From a virus, in IMG/VR virus record IMGVR_UViG_3300045988_042567, positions 1 through 64,000 of that record: a DNA stretch of 64,000 nucleotides; one strand, given 5' to 3'. The notes under the pieces are model-generated. The model saw nothing but the letters and a program-made list of their open reading frames with translations. It was not told where the DNA came from and made no database searches. This document shows positions 24,972 through 35,239 of this stretch, piece after piece. Position 1 is the first letter of the stretch. The number at the start of each line of letters is the position of its first letter. The translations under genes were made by a program, and so were the position numbers.

Positions 24972-26410
24972 TGGCGAAGAACATTATTCCGCAAGGAACT
25001 ACAGCTGCTATTAAGCAGAGAGTTAACAAGTACGAGGAAACTCAGAAACAGAGAATGATTGAAGTGCTCCAAAGCAATGTGAAGTATGCTGATGCTCTGG
25101 GATTCATCGAAGGTGAAATCAAACAGTCCAAGAAAATGGCAAGTTTCAAATACTCGCTGCTTTGTTGGAAACCAGACGGTGTATATCAGTTGAACAGAGC
25201 AATCAATGAAATCTTCGGTTCTGCCGTTAGTAAGGAGGATAACAGTCCTTCTGGAAACAGCAATATTGATACCGTAGATGTCATCTTAGCTGACGGCTCT
25301 CGTACTAAAGTACCTTTTGGTAAAATCTCTTTGGAAGAACTTGGTGAGGATTCTGAAATCAATATTAACTATGACAACGACCGTCATTTACTATTGGTTA
25401 AAGGTCAATGCCAATTCAAGTACCAATCTCTTATTGATGATATTGTTGACAGAACTAAAGAATTGCTCGCAACTGAATCTATCTATAAGAACCAGGCACT
25501 TGAAATTACCAATCTGAGTGAACCGAAGATTATGACTCTAGCTGGTATTGATAAGCAGTTTATGGTCCTGTCAAAGAAGACAGAATTTGAGCTGCAACCG
25601 CTTCGTTCAAGAATCTTGTACCCAGAGAAATGTATTGCAAAGGGTATTCCTTTGAAGTATGGCTGCTTACTGGAAGGTAAATACGGCACTGGTAAGACCC
25701 TACTGGCATTTAAACTGGCCAAAGATGCGGTAAACAACGGATGGTCATTCGTATATCTAAAAGACCCTTCTCTGTTAGCTGAAACTCTCCGTATGTGTAA
25801 AGTAGTAGACCGTTCAGGTCATGGTGTTATTGTCTTTGTAGAGGATATTGACCAGGTAACTAGAGGTAACAGAGATTCTGCAATGCAGGATATTCTGAAT
25901 ACTTTGGATGGCGGCGATACCAAAGATATGAACGTAATCACTTTATTTACTACTAATCATATTGAGCTGATTGAACCTACCTTCTTAAGAGGTAAGAGAA
26001 TTGGTTCTGTGATTACTATGGATTGTCTTGATGCTGAGACAGCCGAAAGGTTTATTCGTGAAACATTCTCCGAAGCTGAAGGTTATAGCGTAGACGACGA
26101 CTTGTCAGATGTATGTAACTACATTGCTAAGGCACAGATTGCTCCGGCATTTATGGCTGAAATTGTAGAATCTACTAAGTCTAAGCTTATCTTTACTGAG
26201 GAGACCCATGTAACATCGTTCCATATTAAGACCAGTGTTGAATCCTATCAACGTCAAGTTGGTCTTGCTTCTAAGAAAGCTATTATCGAAACTCCTGCTG
26301 ATAAATTAGCCGCTGGGTTAATAGGATTGCTCGGAGCTGATAAGATTGAAACGACGTTAAAGATGTGTGAAACTTATTTCGAATATAGTCGTAACGACTT
26401 TAAGGATTAA
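24971..26410 (+). CDS. AAA+ ATPase
   Basis: Walker A motif EGKYGTGKTLL, Walker B motif VIVFVEDID, sensor-1 TTN, and an arginine-finger region RGKRIG; the roughly 200-aa N-terminal domain is unknown. Confidence 0.65.
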   Translation: MAKNIIPQGTTAAIKQRVNKYEETQKQRMIEVLQSNVKYADALGFIEGEIKQSKKMASFKYSLLCWKPDGVYQLNRAINEIFGSAVSKEDNSPSGNSNIDTVDVILADGSRTKVPFGKISLEELGEDSEININYDNDRHLLLVKGQCQFKYQSLIDDIVDRTKELLATESIYKNQALEITNLSEPKIMTLAGIDKQFMVLSKKTEFELQPLRSRILYPEKCIAKGIPLKYGCLLEGKYGTGKTLLAFKLAKDAVNNGWSFVYLKDPSLLAETLRMCKVVDRSGHGVIVFVEDIDQVTRGNRDSAMQDILNTLDGGDTKDMNVITLFTTNHIELIEPTFLRGKRIGSVITMDCLDAETAERFIRETFSEAEGYSVDDDLSDVCNYIAKAQIAPAFMAEIVESTKSKLIFTEETHVTSFHIKTSVESYQRQVGLASKKAIIETPADKLAAGLIGLLGADKIETTLKMCETYFEYSRNDFKD

Positions 26411-26440
26411 CACTGACTTTGGGTTAAAACTAGAAAGGGA

Positions 26441-26683
26441 GTGGCAACACTCCTCTTTCTTTTATTTATAATGAAGTATCTAATAGTTATTTTATTTATG
26501 TTGCTATGTAGTCCTAGTAATGATGCTAGAGACTTTCATGTTAGCGTAGTTGGAGAAGAAAGAGTAATTGAGTTTGAGAATAAATTCCCTCAAATAGTTA
26601 AGAATGAAGCTGTATATATAGCATATCTTCAGCAATACTATAAGGGAAACGAAGATGAATTCATTAAATTATTAAAACAGTAA
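26441..26683 (+). CDS. small protein with an N-terminal hydrophobic segment
   Basis: 80-aa ORF. Confidence 0.35.
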   Translation: MATLLFLLFIMKYLIVILFMLLCSPSNDARDFHVSVVGEERVIEFENKFPQIVKNEAVYIAYLQQYYKGNEDEFIKLLKQ

Positions 26684-26684
26684 C

Positions 26685-26765
26685 GGGGTAGTGGTGGAAT
26701 GGTAGACACGTCAGTTTTAGGCACTGATACCTTCGGGTGTGAGAGTTCGAGTCTCTCCTACCCTA
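26685..26765 (+). tRNA. tRNA-Leu (anticodon TAG), type II
   Basis: Acceptor arms GGGGTAG/CTACCCT; anticodon arm TCAGT-TTTAGGC-ACTGA; long variable arm; T arm GAGAG-TTCGAGT-CTCTC. Confidence 0.7.
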
Positions 26766-26947
26766 CTAGAGTATTAACTTTAAAATGTATTTAATTATGG
26801 CAGATAATTTGAAAGAAATCTTTGAAGAGGCAGGCGAGTTTGCTGAAGCAAATGGTAATAAGCTTACATTAGCCGATGCAGTAGTATTAATTGCTGAAGC
26901 ATATGAATTAGGAATGGATAAGGCAACTCAATTATTAAGTGTAGAAG

Positions 26948-27421
26948 ATGCCAACAATAATTGACTTAAGACCTGAAGTCGAAAAGGTTTCAGGAAGGAT
27001 TGCGATAGTAGCTTTGTTAATATTATGTTTGTGTATTAAAGTGTATACTACTCAGTTCTGGCATGATATGAATGTTGACCACATAGTCAAATGCAAAGTC
27101 ATAGACAGAATAGTAGAGGATGAAACTATTACACAAGATGGTAATTCTACTACTAAGAAAGTAAATAAACTTGTATTGCAAGCTGAAGGGTTTAATAATA
27201 CATTTAAGCTAGCCGTAGACACTCCAACTTGGAATAGAGCTATTATTAATGGTGTTAAGAACACATTCTATTTTAATATATCTAGAACCGAGTACGGACC
27301 TTGGTACAATCAGCTTATATGTGTACTCCTACTCTTAGTAACTGGAAGTAGCGGCTGTACGTTCATAGTGTATAGTGCACGTTATATAAACAGTATAATA
27401 AGTCATAACAATGGTAAATAA
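26948..27421 (+). CDS. membrane protein
   Basis: 157-aa ORF with N- and C-terminal hydrophobic segments. Confidence 0.4.
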   Translation: MPTIIDLRPEVEKVSGRIAIVALLILCLCIKVYTTQFWHDMNVDHIVKCKVIDRIVEDETITQDGNSTTKKVNKLVLQAEGFNNTFKLAVDTPTWNRAIINGVKNTFYFNISRTEYGPWYNQLICVLLLLVTGSSGCTFIVYSARYINSIISHNNGK

Positions 27422-28214
27422 TTTGAATGCAGAAGCTCTACGTAATGCCCTAGTAGTTGCTTCTATGGAGTATTGTAAGAAATACTTGGAAGGGCAGAAT
27501 GTTGATAAGACAGAAGATATTAAAGCTCAGATTGCTAAGCTAGAGGCTAATGGATTGGGTAAAACTAAGAATGCTGAAGCACTTCGTACTTTATTAACTG
27601 CTAAAGGTTCTAGTAAATCTATAGATGAAATTGCCTCTCTTATTGGTAGAATCAAGGAAGTGAGTCCTTCTTGTATGATAGTTCCTTATGATGATTTCTT
27701 TAAAGTATTGAAGAAATACAACTTGGCTTGTGGTCCTATTTCAACTTATAAGGGAGTTATTCCTGAGGAGAACGTTGAAGCTATCGTAAAGGCTGGAAAG
27801 GAATTGCATAAAATAAAGAATATTAATAACATGCAATGGGTTCCTAGAATAGATATAAATTCCGATATGCCAAAGAGTATAGTAAATGAAATCGTTGAAT
27901 ATTTCTCAAGATTCCCGTTTGTAGTGGATGGCATCTCTTCTGGATGGCAATATATGCGTGCTATAGGACACCCAGAAGTTGAGGACAGTGTAAGCTTCAG
28001 TTCATATACCTTAAATGACAATGACTGGTGTATAGCAGCTCCCTATGATACTATGACAGATAATATAACTATCAGAATGTATTCAGGTAAAGAGGAGGCT
28101 AGAAAACGTCAGCTTGAGGATCCAATCGTATTTAAGGCAAATGAAATAGGAGCAATTATTGCTACTATGTGGGATACCGAAGCTACAGATAGCATATTCG
28201 ATAAATATCGTTAG
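27411..28214 (+). CDS. hypothetical protein; a paralogue of 32003-32824
   Basis: Shares the blocks CGPISTYKGVIPEENVE and DWCIAAPYD...IRMYSGKEE with the second copy. Confidence 0.5.
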   Translation: MVNNLNAEALRNALVVASMEYCKKYLEGQNVDKTEDIKAQIAKLEANGLGKTKNAEALRTLLTAKGSSKSIDEIASLIGRIKEVSPSCMIVPYDDFFKVLKKYNLACGPISTYKGVIPEENVEAIVKAGKELHKIKNINNMQWVPRIDINSDMPKSIVNEIVEYFSRFPFVVDGISSGWQYMRAIGHPEVEDSVSFSSYTLNDNDWCIAAPYDTMTDNITIRMYSGKEEARKRQLEDPIVFKANEIGAIIATMWDTEATDSIFDKYR

Positions 28215-28465
28215 CTTATAAATCCACCACCTGTAGTGAACAAGGGTATAGAAATGACAAGAGCCTCTCCAATGTTAGCTGACGAGCTATTTAAGTAAGG
28301 GCAGGTGAGTCAATAATTAGCATAATAGTTCACATTTTGCTAGGCGGATTACTATATAAGAATATAAGGAGACAACATCATCCCACCTAGGTTGGAGAGC
28401 ATACGGGAGAGAGTAAGGTCACATTAGTAATGATGTAACACGATGAGCTTTATGTTCTTATTAAT

Positions 28466-28539
28466 GGCGAGATAGCTCAACTGGCTAGAGCGTGCGACTC
28501 ATAATCGCAAGGTTGGGTGTTCGAGTCACCTTCTCGCCA
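28466..28539 (+). tRNA. tRNA with anticodon CAT (Met or Ile2)
   Basis: Acceptor arms GGCGAGA/TCTCGCC; anticodon arm TGCGA-CTCATAA-TCGCA; T arm GGGTG-TTCGAGT-CACCT. Confidence 0.75.
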
Positions 28540-28564
28540 CATTATTAATTAACAGATAAAGATT

Positions 28565-28966
28565 ATGTATGTAAAGTTTATAAAAGATGATAAGGTAGTA
28601 GAAGAGGTATCAATCTCATCAGAGATGATTCCACTTCCTACAGACATAGTAGTGCTAGAAGCTGGTAAGTTCACTGTAGAGTCCAGAGAGTATGATATAC
28701 TTGACGGAACCTGTTCAGTTATCTTAGACCAGCAAATCACCTGGGCAGAAGCTCCTAGAGAGTACGACGATGCTATGCTTGCTTATAAGAAGTGCTGCAA
28801 TAACGAAATTGACTTGTCAGTTGAGGATTTCTTTAAAATGAAGAATGTTGTAAAACAAGACGGTAAGCTATGGGCAGTTAAGCATGTGAAGGAATCTGCT
28901 AAATGTGGTTTAAAAGAAGCTAAAGATTTTGTTGATACTTATTGTGATTGTGTACAGAATGACTAG
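28565..28966 (+). CDS. hypothetical protein
   Basis: 133-aa ORF. Confidence 0.45.
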   Translation: MYVKFIKDDKVVEEVSISSEMIPLPTDIVVLEAGKFTVESREYDILDGTCSVILDQQITWAEAPREYDDAMLAYKKCCNNEIDLSVEDFFKMKNVVKQDGKLWAVKHVKESAKCGLKEAKDFVDTYCDCVQND

Positions 28967-29228
28967 GAGTAAACGTAAAATCCCTATTGTTAAAGAACCT
29001 AAAGTTAAACGCAATTGGTATAACCGAAAGGTTAAGAGACGCCAAAGACAGCAGACTAGAGATATTCTAACACTTAAAGATATCCTAGACTATGAGATTT
29101 CTTCTAGTAGGGAGATTGTGAACGATTATGATGTATGTGATTATAAATTCGATTATAGGTTTCCAACTCCGTTTATGAAGAGACATGGTACCTATGGTGA
29201 GTATGCAAAGAAAGTATTAAGGAAATGA
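28929..29228 (+). CDS. hypothetical basic protein
   Basis: 99-aa ORF with a Lys/Arg-rich N-terminus. Confidence 0.4.
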   Translation: MLILIVIVYRMTRSKRKIPIVKEPKVKRNWYNRKVKRRQRQQTRDILTLKDILDYEISSSREIVNDYDVCDYKFDYRFPTPFMKRHGTYGEYAKKVLRK

Positions 29229-29458
29229 AATGGTTATATCGTCTATTAATCAATTGGATTGATAGATTAAATGAAGAGCAGTGTGAAATATGATGGTTTT
29301 AAGATGTGTATTGGTAACTTTAGCTGCAATGTCCCTAGGAAGTGCAGTTCTAGCAATGATATGGAATGTCAATGATAAATTCGTTAAAGTAATGTTCTCC
29401 ATATCAATAGTAACTATAATAATGTTACTTCTTCTTGCATGTATTGTGTAGTAATGAT

Positions 29459-29542
29459 GGCGCAGTGCTGGAATTGGTATACAGACGGGTCTTAAACACC
29501 CGTGCCCATTTGGGATTGAGGGTTCGACTCCCTTCTGCGTCA
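29459..29542 (+). tRNA. tRNA-Leu (anticodon TAA), type II
   Basis: Acceptor arms GGCGCAG/CTGCGTC; anticodon arm CGGGT-CTTAAAC-ACCCG; a variable-arm hairpin CCCATTTGGG; T arm GAGGG-TTCGACT-CCCTT. Confidence 0.7.
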
Positions 29543-29705
29543 CAATTAAAATTATGTTGTATGCATCAGTGTGATTATTGCTGTTGGTATAATCCAACAG
29601 GTTATTGTGAGTGTCCGTTAGTAATGAAAGCTAAAGCGTGTAAAGCTGCTATCAAGACTAAAGAAAGGACTGAAAGTAAAGTAATAACGTCTAAAGCAGT
29701 TAATA

Positions 29706-30203
29706 ATGAAGATTTATGAATTTCTAAGAAAGGTTACTAAAATTGAATTGTCACAAGTCAAATATGTATTCGGTGACTGGGATTTAGCTTTAGAAGAATA
29801 CGTCAATAAATGTGAAAGGCATCGTGCGCCCAATGTAATGGCATTATTAAAACTGTCATCTACATTGGGCGAACTTGTTGATTTATACAGAGGTCTCGAA
29901 CTTAAAAGATATCCCATTCCAGAAACTGAATTAGAGGCTAAGAAACAGCGATATGACACCTTAATGGAATATTGTTTATGTGGCAATGGAGGACATTTAT
30001 CTATGTTTGAGAGAGTGACTAACGGTTCCAGAATGGAACAGAGATTAAATTTTATCTATGAAATGCAATTAATGGCTAATGCTATACAAGGTAAAGATGT
30101 TGGCAGAAGGAAACTCCTTCGTAACTTCAGAGAAGGGAAATTCCATGACTCCTCTAATCAAATCGGGACAAAAGCATGTCTTAAGTCCAATAACCCTAGA
30201 TGA
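29706..30203 (+). CDS. hypothetical protein
   Basis: 165-aa ORF. Confidence 0.4.
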   Translation: MKIYEFLRKVTKIELSQVKYVFGDWDLALEEYVNKCERHRAPNVMALLKLSSTLGELVDLYRGLELKRYPIPETELEAKKQRYDTLMEYCLCGNGGHLSMFERVTNGSRMEQRLNFIYEMQLMANAIQGKDVGRRKLLRNFREGKFHDSSNQIGTKACLKSNNPR

Positions 30204-30363
30204 AGTAGAAGTGGGAGATATCGTCTTTTGCAAAGTTAAAGGAAGGTATTATACTCACTTAGTTAAAGCTAAGGGAGATAGAGGAGTTCTCATAGGAAAC
30301 AATCACGGTAGAATTAATGGATGGACTAAATCTGTATTTGGTAAAGTGACTAAAATACTGTAA
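30079..30363 (+). CDS. S24 (LexA/UmuD-like) peptidase-domain protein
   Basis: The motif GNSMTPLI (a GxSM serine motif) and a downstream Lys, in a 94-aa ORF. Confidence 0.45.
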   Translation: MLYKVKMLAEGNSFVTSEKGNSMTPLIKSGQKHVLSPITLDEVEVGDIVFCKVKGRYYTHLVKAKGDRGVLIGNNHGRINGWTKSVFGKVTKIL

Positions 30364-30674
30364 TATGAAAGAGCTATTAAAGAATTGGATACTGAAACTA
30401 ACATGTCGGCATACTTGGAAGGAATTAAAGCACATGAATGTATACATGAATGATGAAGAAGTTCCTTGTTCCCATGTATACCTTTTTGTATGCACTAAGT
30501 GTAGTAAGCTTAAGCAAGTGAAAATGAAACCAGGCTAGAGACTGGATTATAATTAACTCTAGCGATGATGACTAAAGCAGAGTCTAGTATATGAAATAAG
30601 ATATGCTCCGAAGTACAAGGAGTGGGGTGGGTGCAGCATACCTCTTTAAAGACATAAGTCTTAATCACTGCTCC

Positions 30675-30746
30675 AACGCCATTGACAATCGTTTCGATCG
30701 GGTCTACAGTACGCGTAGTGGCAGGGGTTCGAATCCTCTGGTGGCG
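30675..30746 (+). ncRNA. tRNA-like element with an intact T arm and acceptor stem but a non-canonical D/anticodon region
   Basis: Acceptor arms CGCCATT/GGTGGCG; T arm AGGGG-TTCGAAT-CCTCT. The anticodon region can be folded as CTAC-AGTACGC-GTAG (putative TAC), but the loop has no U at position 33. Confidence 0.35.
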
Positions 30747-30779
30747 ACATCCCTTAAGTCTTGTAACTAAATAACTCTT

Positions 30780-31022
30780 ATGATAATAGGTAAGAAAGTA
30801 AATAAAATTACTAGTTCTTCTCTGGCAGAGGAATCCTCCAAGATTATTGATGCATTTCAGTCTACTGTTAATAAGTTACGTGATGTAGCTAAAAGAGCAG
30901 ATGATGAGAAAGCAGCTAAAGAACAAGAGATTATTTTATTACAAACTGAGACAGCTAATCTTAGCGAAGTCTCTACTAAAGCAACTTCCATGGCCGATAA
31001 AATTGGAAGTTTACTTCAATAA
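30780..31022 (+). CDS. hypothetical coiled-coil protein
   Basis: 80-aa ORF. Confidence 0.4.
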   Translation: MIIGKKVNKITSSSLAEESSKIIDAFQSTVNKLRDVAKRADDEKAAKEQEIILLQTETANLSEVSTKATSMADKIGSLLQ

Positions 31023-31026
31023 TCAA

Positions 31027-31479
31027 ATGGGTAAATTAATAGACATTAAAGACATCGAATTTGAATTAGATGAGTTTCTTAATGCTGAATCTTTCTTGGA
31101 TTTAGCTAAAGGAGACATAACCAGAGCCTTTGCATTAGGATATCTTAGAGATGAGTTACAAGAACCTTTTCATGCAGCTATAGATGCTGGTGATAAGGGT
31201 TTGCGACTATCTAAGTCATTTGATATGGCTATACAGAAAGTTAGACCTTATATAGATGATATGACTAAGATATCTGATGAAGAAATGTCTAAGGATGATT
31301 TCTCATTGATGGAAGTATGTAATGCCGTATTAGAACAGCTTACATATGAAGAGCCTGAGGATGAATTGTATGTTGCATTCGTATTAGGAATGTGGACATT
31401 ACATTTACTTCACAAAGCAACAGAAGCTGAAACAGATTCCGACGAAGATTTCGTTGAAGATCCTACAGCTGATGCATAA
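31027..31479 (+). CDS. hypothetical acidic protein
   Basis: An ORF whose start is taken as the internal Met (MGKLIDIKD), just after the upstream stop. Confidence 0.45.
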   Translation: MGKLIDIKDIEFELDEFLNAESFLDLAKGDITRAFALGYLRDELQEPFHAAIDAGDKGLRLSKSFDMAIQKVRPYIDDMTKISDEEMSKDDFSLMEVCNAVLEQLTYEEPEDELYVAFVLGMWTLHLLHKATEAETDSDEDFVEDPTADA

Positions 31480-31912
31480 GTATACAATATTCACTGATGG
31501 AGCATACTCTCCTGCCAGAAACCAAGGTGGAATAGGATTCGTTATCGTGGAAGATGGAAAGGAAGTATTCTCCTACAGTAAAATGTATGTAAATAGTACT
31601 AATCAAAGAATGGAGCTAATGGCAGTTATAGTCGCATTAGAATCCATTAAAACTAGCTCAGAAGTCATTATAGTTACTGATTCCATGTATATAGTAGGTA
31701 CTCTTACTAAGAACTGGAAAAGGAAAGCTAATACTGACTTATGGGCTAGACTTGATAAGGCTATTGAACGTCATAAGCTTATAGACGTGAGATGGGTTAA
31801 AGGACATAATGGTTCTGAGTATAATGAGAAAGCTGATAAGCTTGCTTATAATGCCAGCAATGAATTAAACTTAAATGTGTATGAAGTACAAGAAGAAACA
31901 ACAACGTCTTAG
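31454..31912 (+). CDS. rnhA: ribonuclease H
   Basis: RNase H1 motifs: TDGAYSP, ELMAV, VTDSMY, and VKGHNGSEYNEKADKLA. Confidence 0.8.
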   Translation: MKILQLMHKYTIFTDGAYSPARNQGGIGFVIVEDGKEVFSYSKMYVNSTNQRMELMAVIVALESIKTSSEVIIVTDSMYIVGTLTKNWKRKANTDLWARLDKAIERHKLIDVRWVKGHNGSEYNEKADKLAYNASNELNLNVYEVQEETTTS

Positions 31913-32002
31913 AGACCGTCAAGCATGGTGGGATAAGCAGTCTGATACATTCAAGAGGGCTACTACAAGACCAGGTTCTATTAAAAAGAAAGCATAAAGA
32001 TT

Positions 32003-32824
32003 ATGGACACACAAATCGGTACTAGGCCCCAAATAGGAGCTCTAGAGATTCATCAAGCTTATATATTAGCTAGCTTAAACTGGTTGCAACAAACTAGAAG
32101 CTTAGAGATGAATCATGTTGCAATTGAGAAAGCTGAGAAAGCTAAGTTACTAGGGTTTGATCACTCTTCAGTTATTACAGATGCTGAGAAGTATATGAAT
32201 AACTTAGAGACTTTTAAATGCTATAACTTCTTCTCACAGAACTTTCCTGGATGCATTATACTCAAAGAGGAAGATTTTATTAATCTGAATGTTAAGTATG
32301 GATTGGTATCCGGGCCACTGTCGTATTATAAAGGTGATATACCAGAGGATAATCTGGATGAAATCTTGGCTACTAAGACTACACTAGACTCGTTAACGGA
32401 TAATAAATACTCTAATTGTGGTAATGCTCTTATTACTAATGTAAAAGTCAATGTCAGAAGGTTTAGTACTCCAAATCCATACTCTCACTATAACTTTTAT
32501 CGTGAAGAGCCTGCTTCCGAAGGTCTAATATTCTTACAATACCACAAGAAAGAACTTACAGCATATCCGTTTGCCAAATATTGGAAGGGAAGAACTGAGG
32601 GAGTAACTATATCTCATACTGCCTGTAAATCTACAGACTTATTTATAGCCGCACCAGTAGACGATATGCAACAACTAGTATCTTTTACTGAAACTGAGAT
32701 AAGAGTAATGCCACGAAGTATTGATCCGTTTGTATTCCAAGTGACCCCAGTAGGTGTTGTTATCTACTCTAAATGGGGAGAAGAAGCTAGTGATGCTATC
32801 TTTGATAATGTAAAACCTTTGTAA
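32003..32824 (+). CDS. hypothetical protein; a paralogue of 27411-28214
   Basis: Shares the blocks SGPLSYYKGDIPEDNLDE and DLFIAAPVDD with the first copy. Confidence 0.5.
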   Translation: MDTQIGTRPQIGALEIHQAYILASLNWLQQTRSLEMNHVAIEKAEKAKLLGFDHSSVITDAEKYMNNLETFKCYNFFSQNFPGCIILKEEDFINLNVKYGLVSGPLSYYKGDIPEDNLDEILATKTTLDSLTDNKYSNCGNALITNVKVNVRRFSTPNPYSHYNFYREEPASEGLIFLQYHKKELTAYPFAKYWKGRTEGVTISHTACKSTDLFIAAPVDDMQQLVSFTETEIRVMPRSIDPFVFQVTPVGVVIYSKWGEEASDAIFDNVKPL

Positions 32825-32836
32825 AATTTAATTATC

Positions 32837-34849
32837 GTGGAATTTATTGATTTTAAACGAGCAGTTTACAAGCAATTTGATGCATTAGCTAATAATGCTG
32901 ATAGATTGTATTTAACTAATGTTAATAAGGATGAGCTGTGGGATTGTTACATAAATTCTTATCCAGAAGATGAAAGACAATCACATACATGTAATTGCTG
33001 TCGTCAATTTATCAAACCTTATGGCAATGTAGTTGCAATAGTTAATAACAAGTTAGTAAGTATTTGGGATTCCTTAGTGTTAGATGAACCTTATGCTACA
33101 GTAGCCAGAAACTTAGCTCAGCTTGTTAAGTCTAAACCAGTATGTGACGTATTTGTTAGTAAGGTGGTTAAACTGGGTACAGATAAGAACAATGTATGGA
33201 TAGAAACTCCTACAAGACACGTACATACATGGAACCATTTATTTTACAAGCTTCCTAATCATTTACTTTGTGCAGTATCTGATTCCGAAGAAGCAGTAAA
33301 GGGAGCACTTCGTATCAACAAAACAGTATTGAAGCGGGCTTTGGATGAGTTATCCATGGATGCTTTTGACATTGTTTTGGATTTGATTTCACAAGGTTCT
33401 TTGTATCGTGGAGACCAGTATAAATCCGATCTAGAGGCATTTGTTGCACTCAAGAAGAAATATGAAGTAGTTCCTCGTGAGGAACGTGATAATTTCTGCT
33501 GGGTTGAATCTGCTAAAGTTGGTTATGTAGGACGTATTAGGAATACTGCTATAGGTACTCTACTTGTAGATATTACTAACGGACGTGATCTCGATGCCAG
33601 TGTTAGTGCCTACGAAAGAATAGTAGCTCCTGCTAATTATCAAAGACCTAAGACATTAGCTACTAAGAAGATGATTCAGGCTGCTGAAGCTAGGGTTGTT
33701 GAACTAGGGCTAATGGATGCACTTCCAAGGCGACATGCAGAAATCACTGACATTACAGTTAATGATGTAATCTTTGCTGATAGAAATGCTAAGAAGTCAA
33801 TGCTTGGGAATAGTATATTCCAAGATTTAGCGGAAGATGTTCCAGTTAATCCTAAGAAATTAGGTACTATCGCCGAAATATCAATTGAGGACTTTATTAA
33901 GGATGTTGTTCCTAATGCTACCAGTATAGAAGTTCTATTAGAAGGTAGACATATAAGCAACCTTATGACTCTAACAGCTCCATCTAATAAAGATACAAAG
34001 AATCTATTTAAATGGCCAAATAATTTCGCCTGGACATACAATGGAGACCTTGCAGATTCTTCTATTAAGGATAAGGTACAGGCTGCTGGAGGTAAGGTGA
34101 ATGGATATCTAAGGTGTTCTCTTGCATGGTATAATGGTGATGATTTAGACATCCATATCATACAACCTCGGGGTAGTGAAATCAATTACTCGTGTAGAGC
34201 TGGAGCCTCTGGTGGGGTGCTAGATGTCGACATGAATGCTGGTGGTGTACATTCTCGTAAACCAGTAGAGAACGTTATCTGGGAGGATGAACCGCGTATG
34301 GAAGGTATGTATACCGTATATGTACACAATTTCAGCAAAAGAGAATATCACGATGTTGGATTTACTGTTGAAATTGAATGTAATGGAGAAGTACGTGAGT
34401 ATACCTACGCAACAGATCTTCGAGGTCATGATAGAGTGACAGTAGCTAAATTTGAGTATTCTAAAGCCAAGGGAATTGTCATACATGATGTCCTTTCGAG
34501 TAACTCAAGTGGTAAAGAGACGTGGAACTTGTCTACTAACAAATTCTATAAGGTATCGTTACTCACTCTGTCTCCAAATTATTGGAACGGTGCAGAAGTA
34601 GGCAATAAACACTATTTCTTCATCTTAGATGGATGTAAGAATCCATCTCCAGTAAGGGGATTCTTTAACGAATATCTTAGGAGTGAACTATCTCAGGATC
34701 GTAAGACGTTTGAGATGTTAGCTAATAAGATGAAGGCTCCTTATTCTGATAATCAGTTGAGTGGTTTAGGATTCTCATCTACTATCCGCAATAGCGTTAT
34801 CTGTAAAGTTACTGGCAGCTTTACAAGAACCATTAAAGTTAACTTTTAA
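32837..34849 (+). CDS. large hypothetical protein
   Basis: 670-aa ORF with no confident domain assignment. Confidence 0.55.
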   Translation: MEFIDFKRAVYKQFDALANNADRLYLTNVNKDELWDCYINSYPEDERQSHTCNCCRQFIKPYGNVVAIVNNKLVSIWDSLVLDEPYATVARNLAQLVKSKPVCDVFVSKVVKLGTDKNNVWIETPTRHVHTWNHLFYKLPNHLLCAVSDSEEAVKGALRINKTVLKRALDELSMDAFDIVLDLISQGSLYRGDQYKSDLEAFVALKKKYEVVPREERDNFCWVESAKVGYVGRIRNTAIGTLLVDITNGRDLDASVSAYERIVAPANYQRPKTLATKKMIQAAEARVVELGLMDALPRRHAEITDITVNDVIFADRNAKKSMLGNSIFQDLAEDVPVNPKKLGTIAEISIEDFIKDVVPNATSIEVLLEGRHISNLMTLTAPSNKDTKNLFKWPNNFAWTYNGDLADSSIKDKVQAAGGKVNGYLRCSLAWYNGDDLDIHIIQPRGSEINYSCRAGASGGVLDVDMNAGGVHSRKPVENVIWEDEPRMEGMYTVYVHNFSKREYHDVGFTVEIECNGEVREYTYATDLRGHDRVTVAKFEYSKAKGIVIHDVLSSNSSGKETWNLSTNKFYKVSLLTLSPNYWNGAEVGNKHYFFILDGCKNPSPVRGFFNEYLRSELSQDRKTFEMLANKMKAPYSDNQLSGLGFSSTIRNSVICKVTGSFTRTIKVNF

Positions 34850-34861
34850 AATGAAAGTGTT

Positions 34862-35236
34862 ATGTTTGAGAAAGCATCAAGAATAAAATTACGTTATTCC
34901 ACTAATCGAGGAGTATTATCTGTTGAAGATTTGTGGGATTTATCTCTGGAACAACTTGATCCTATTGCTATTAATCTTAATAAGAGGCTAAAGGAATCAC
35001 AAACCGAAAGTTTCATCAAGACTCGTACTAAAGATACCACTGAACTTGAACTGAAATTCAATATTGTAAAACACATTATTGACGTTAAGTTACAGGAACA
35101 GGAAGAACGCACTGTAGCTGCTGAGAAGAAAGCTAAGCGTCAGAAGATTCTTGATCTCATGGCTAAGAAGCAAGATGCAGAACTTGAGAGTAAATCTTAT
35201 GAAGAGCTGGCTAAAGAGCTTGAAGCATTGTCTTAA
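34862..35236 (+). CDS. hypothetical coiled-coil protein
   Basis: 124-aa ORF. Confidence 0.45.
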   Translation: MFEKASRIKLRYSTNRGVLSVEDLWDLSLEQLDPIAINLNKRLKESQTESFIKTRTKDTTELELKFNIVKHIIDVKLQEQEERTVAAEKKAKRQKILDLMAKKQDAELESKSYEELAKELEALS

Positions 35237-35239
35237 GTT

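Noticed and set aside
28252-28300. CUGACGA (a variant CUGAnGA) in the 250-nt leader before the tRNA at 28466.
   Set aside because: There is no downstream GAAA or a helix II and helix III arrangement. The region still looks structured, with CTCTCCAA at 28268 pairing to TTGGAGAG at 28391, but it could not be assigned.
32837-34849. A KVNGYLR segment that resembles nucleotidyltransferase (ligase) motif I in the 670-aa protein.
   Set aside because: The candidate motifs III, IV and V do not occur in the canonical order or spacing, so this is probably coincidental. An RNA-ligase role, which would be appealing next to a Ro-like protein, is unsupported.
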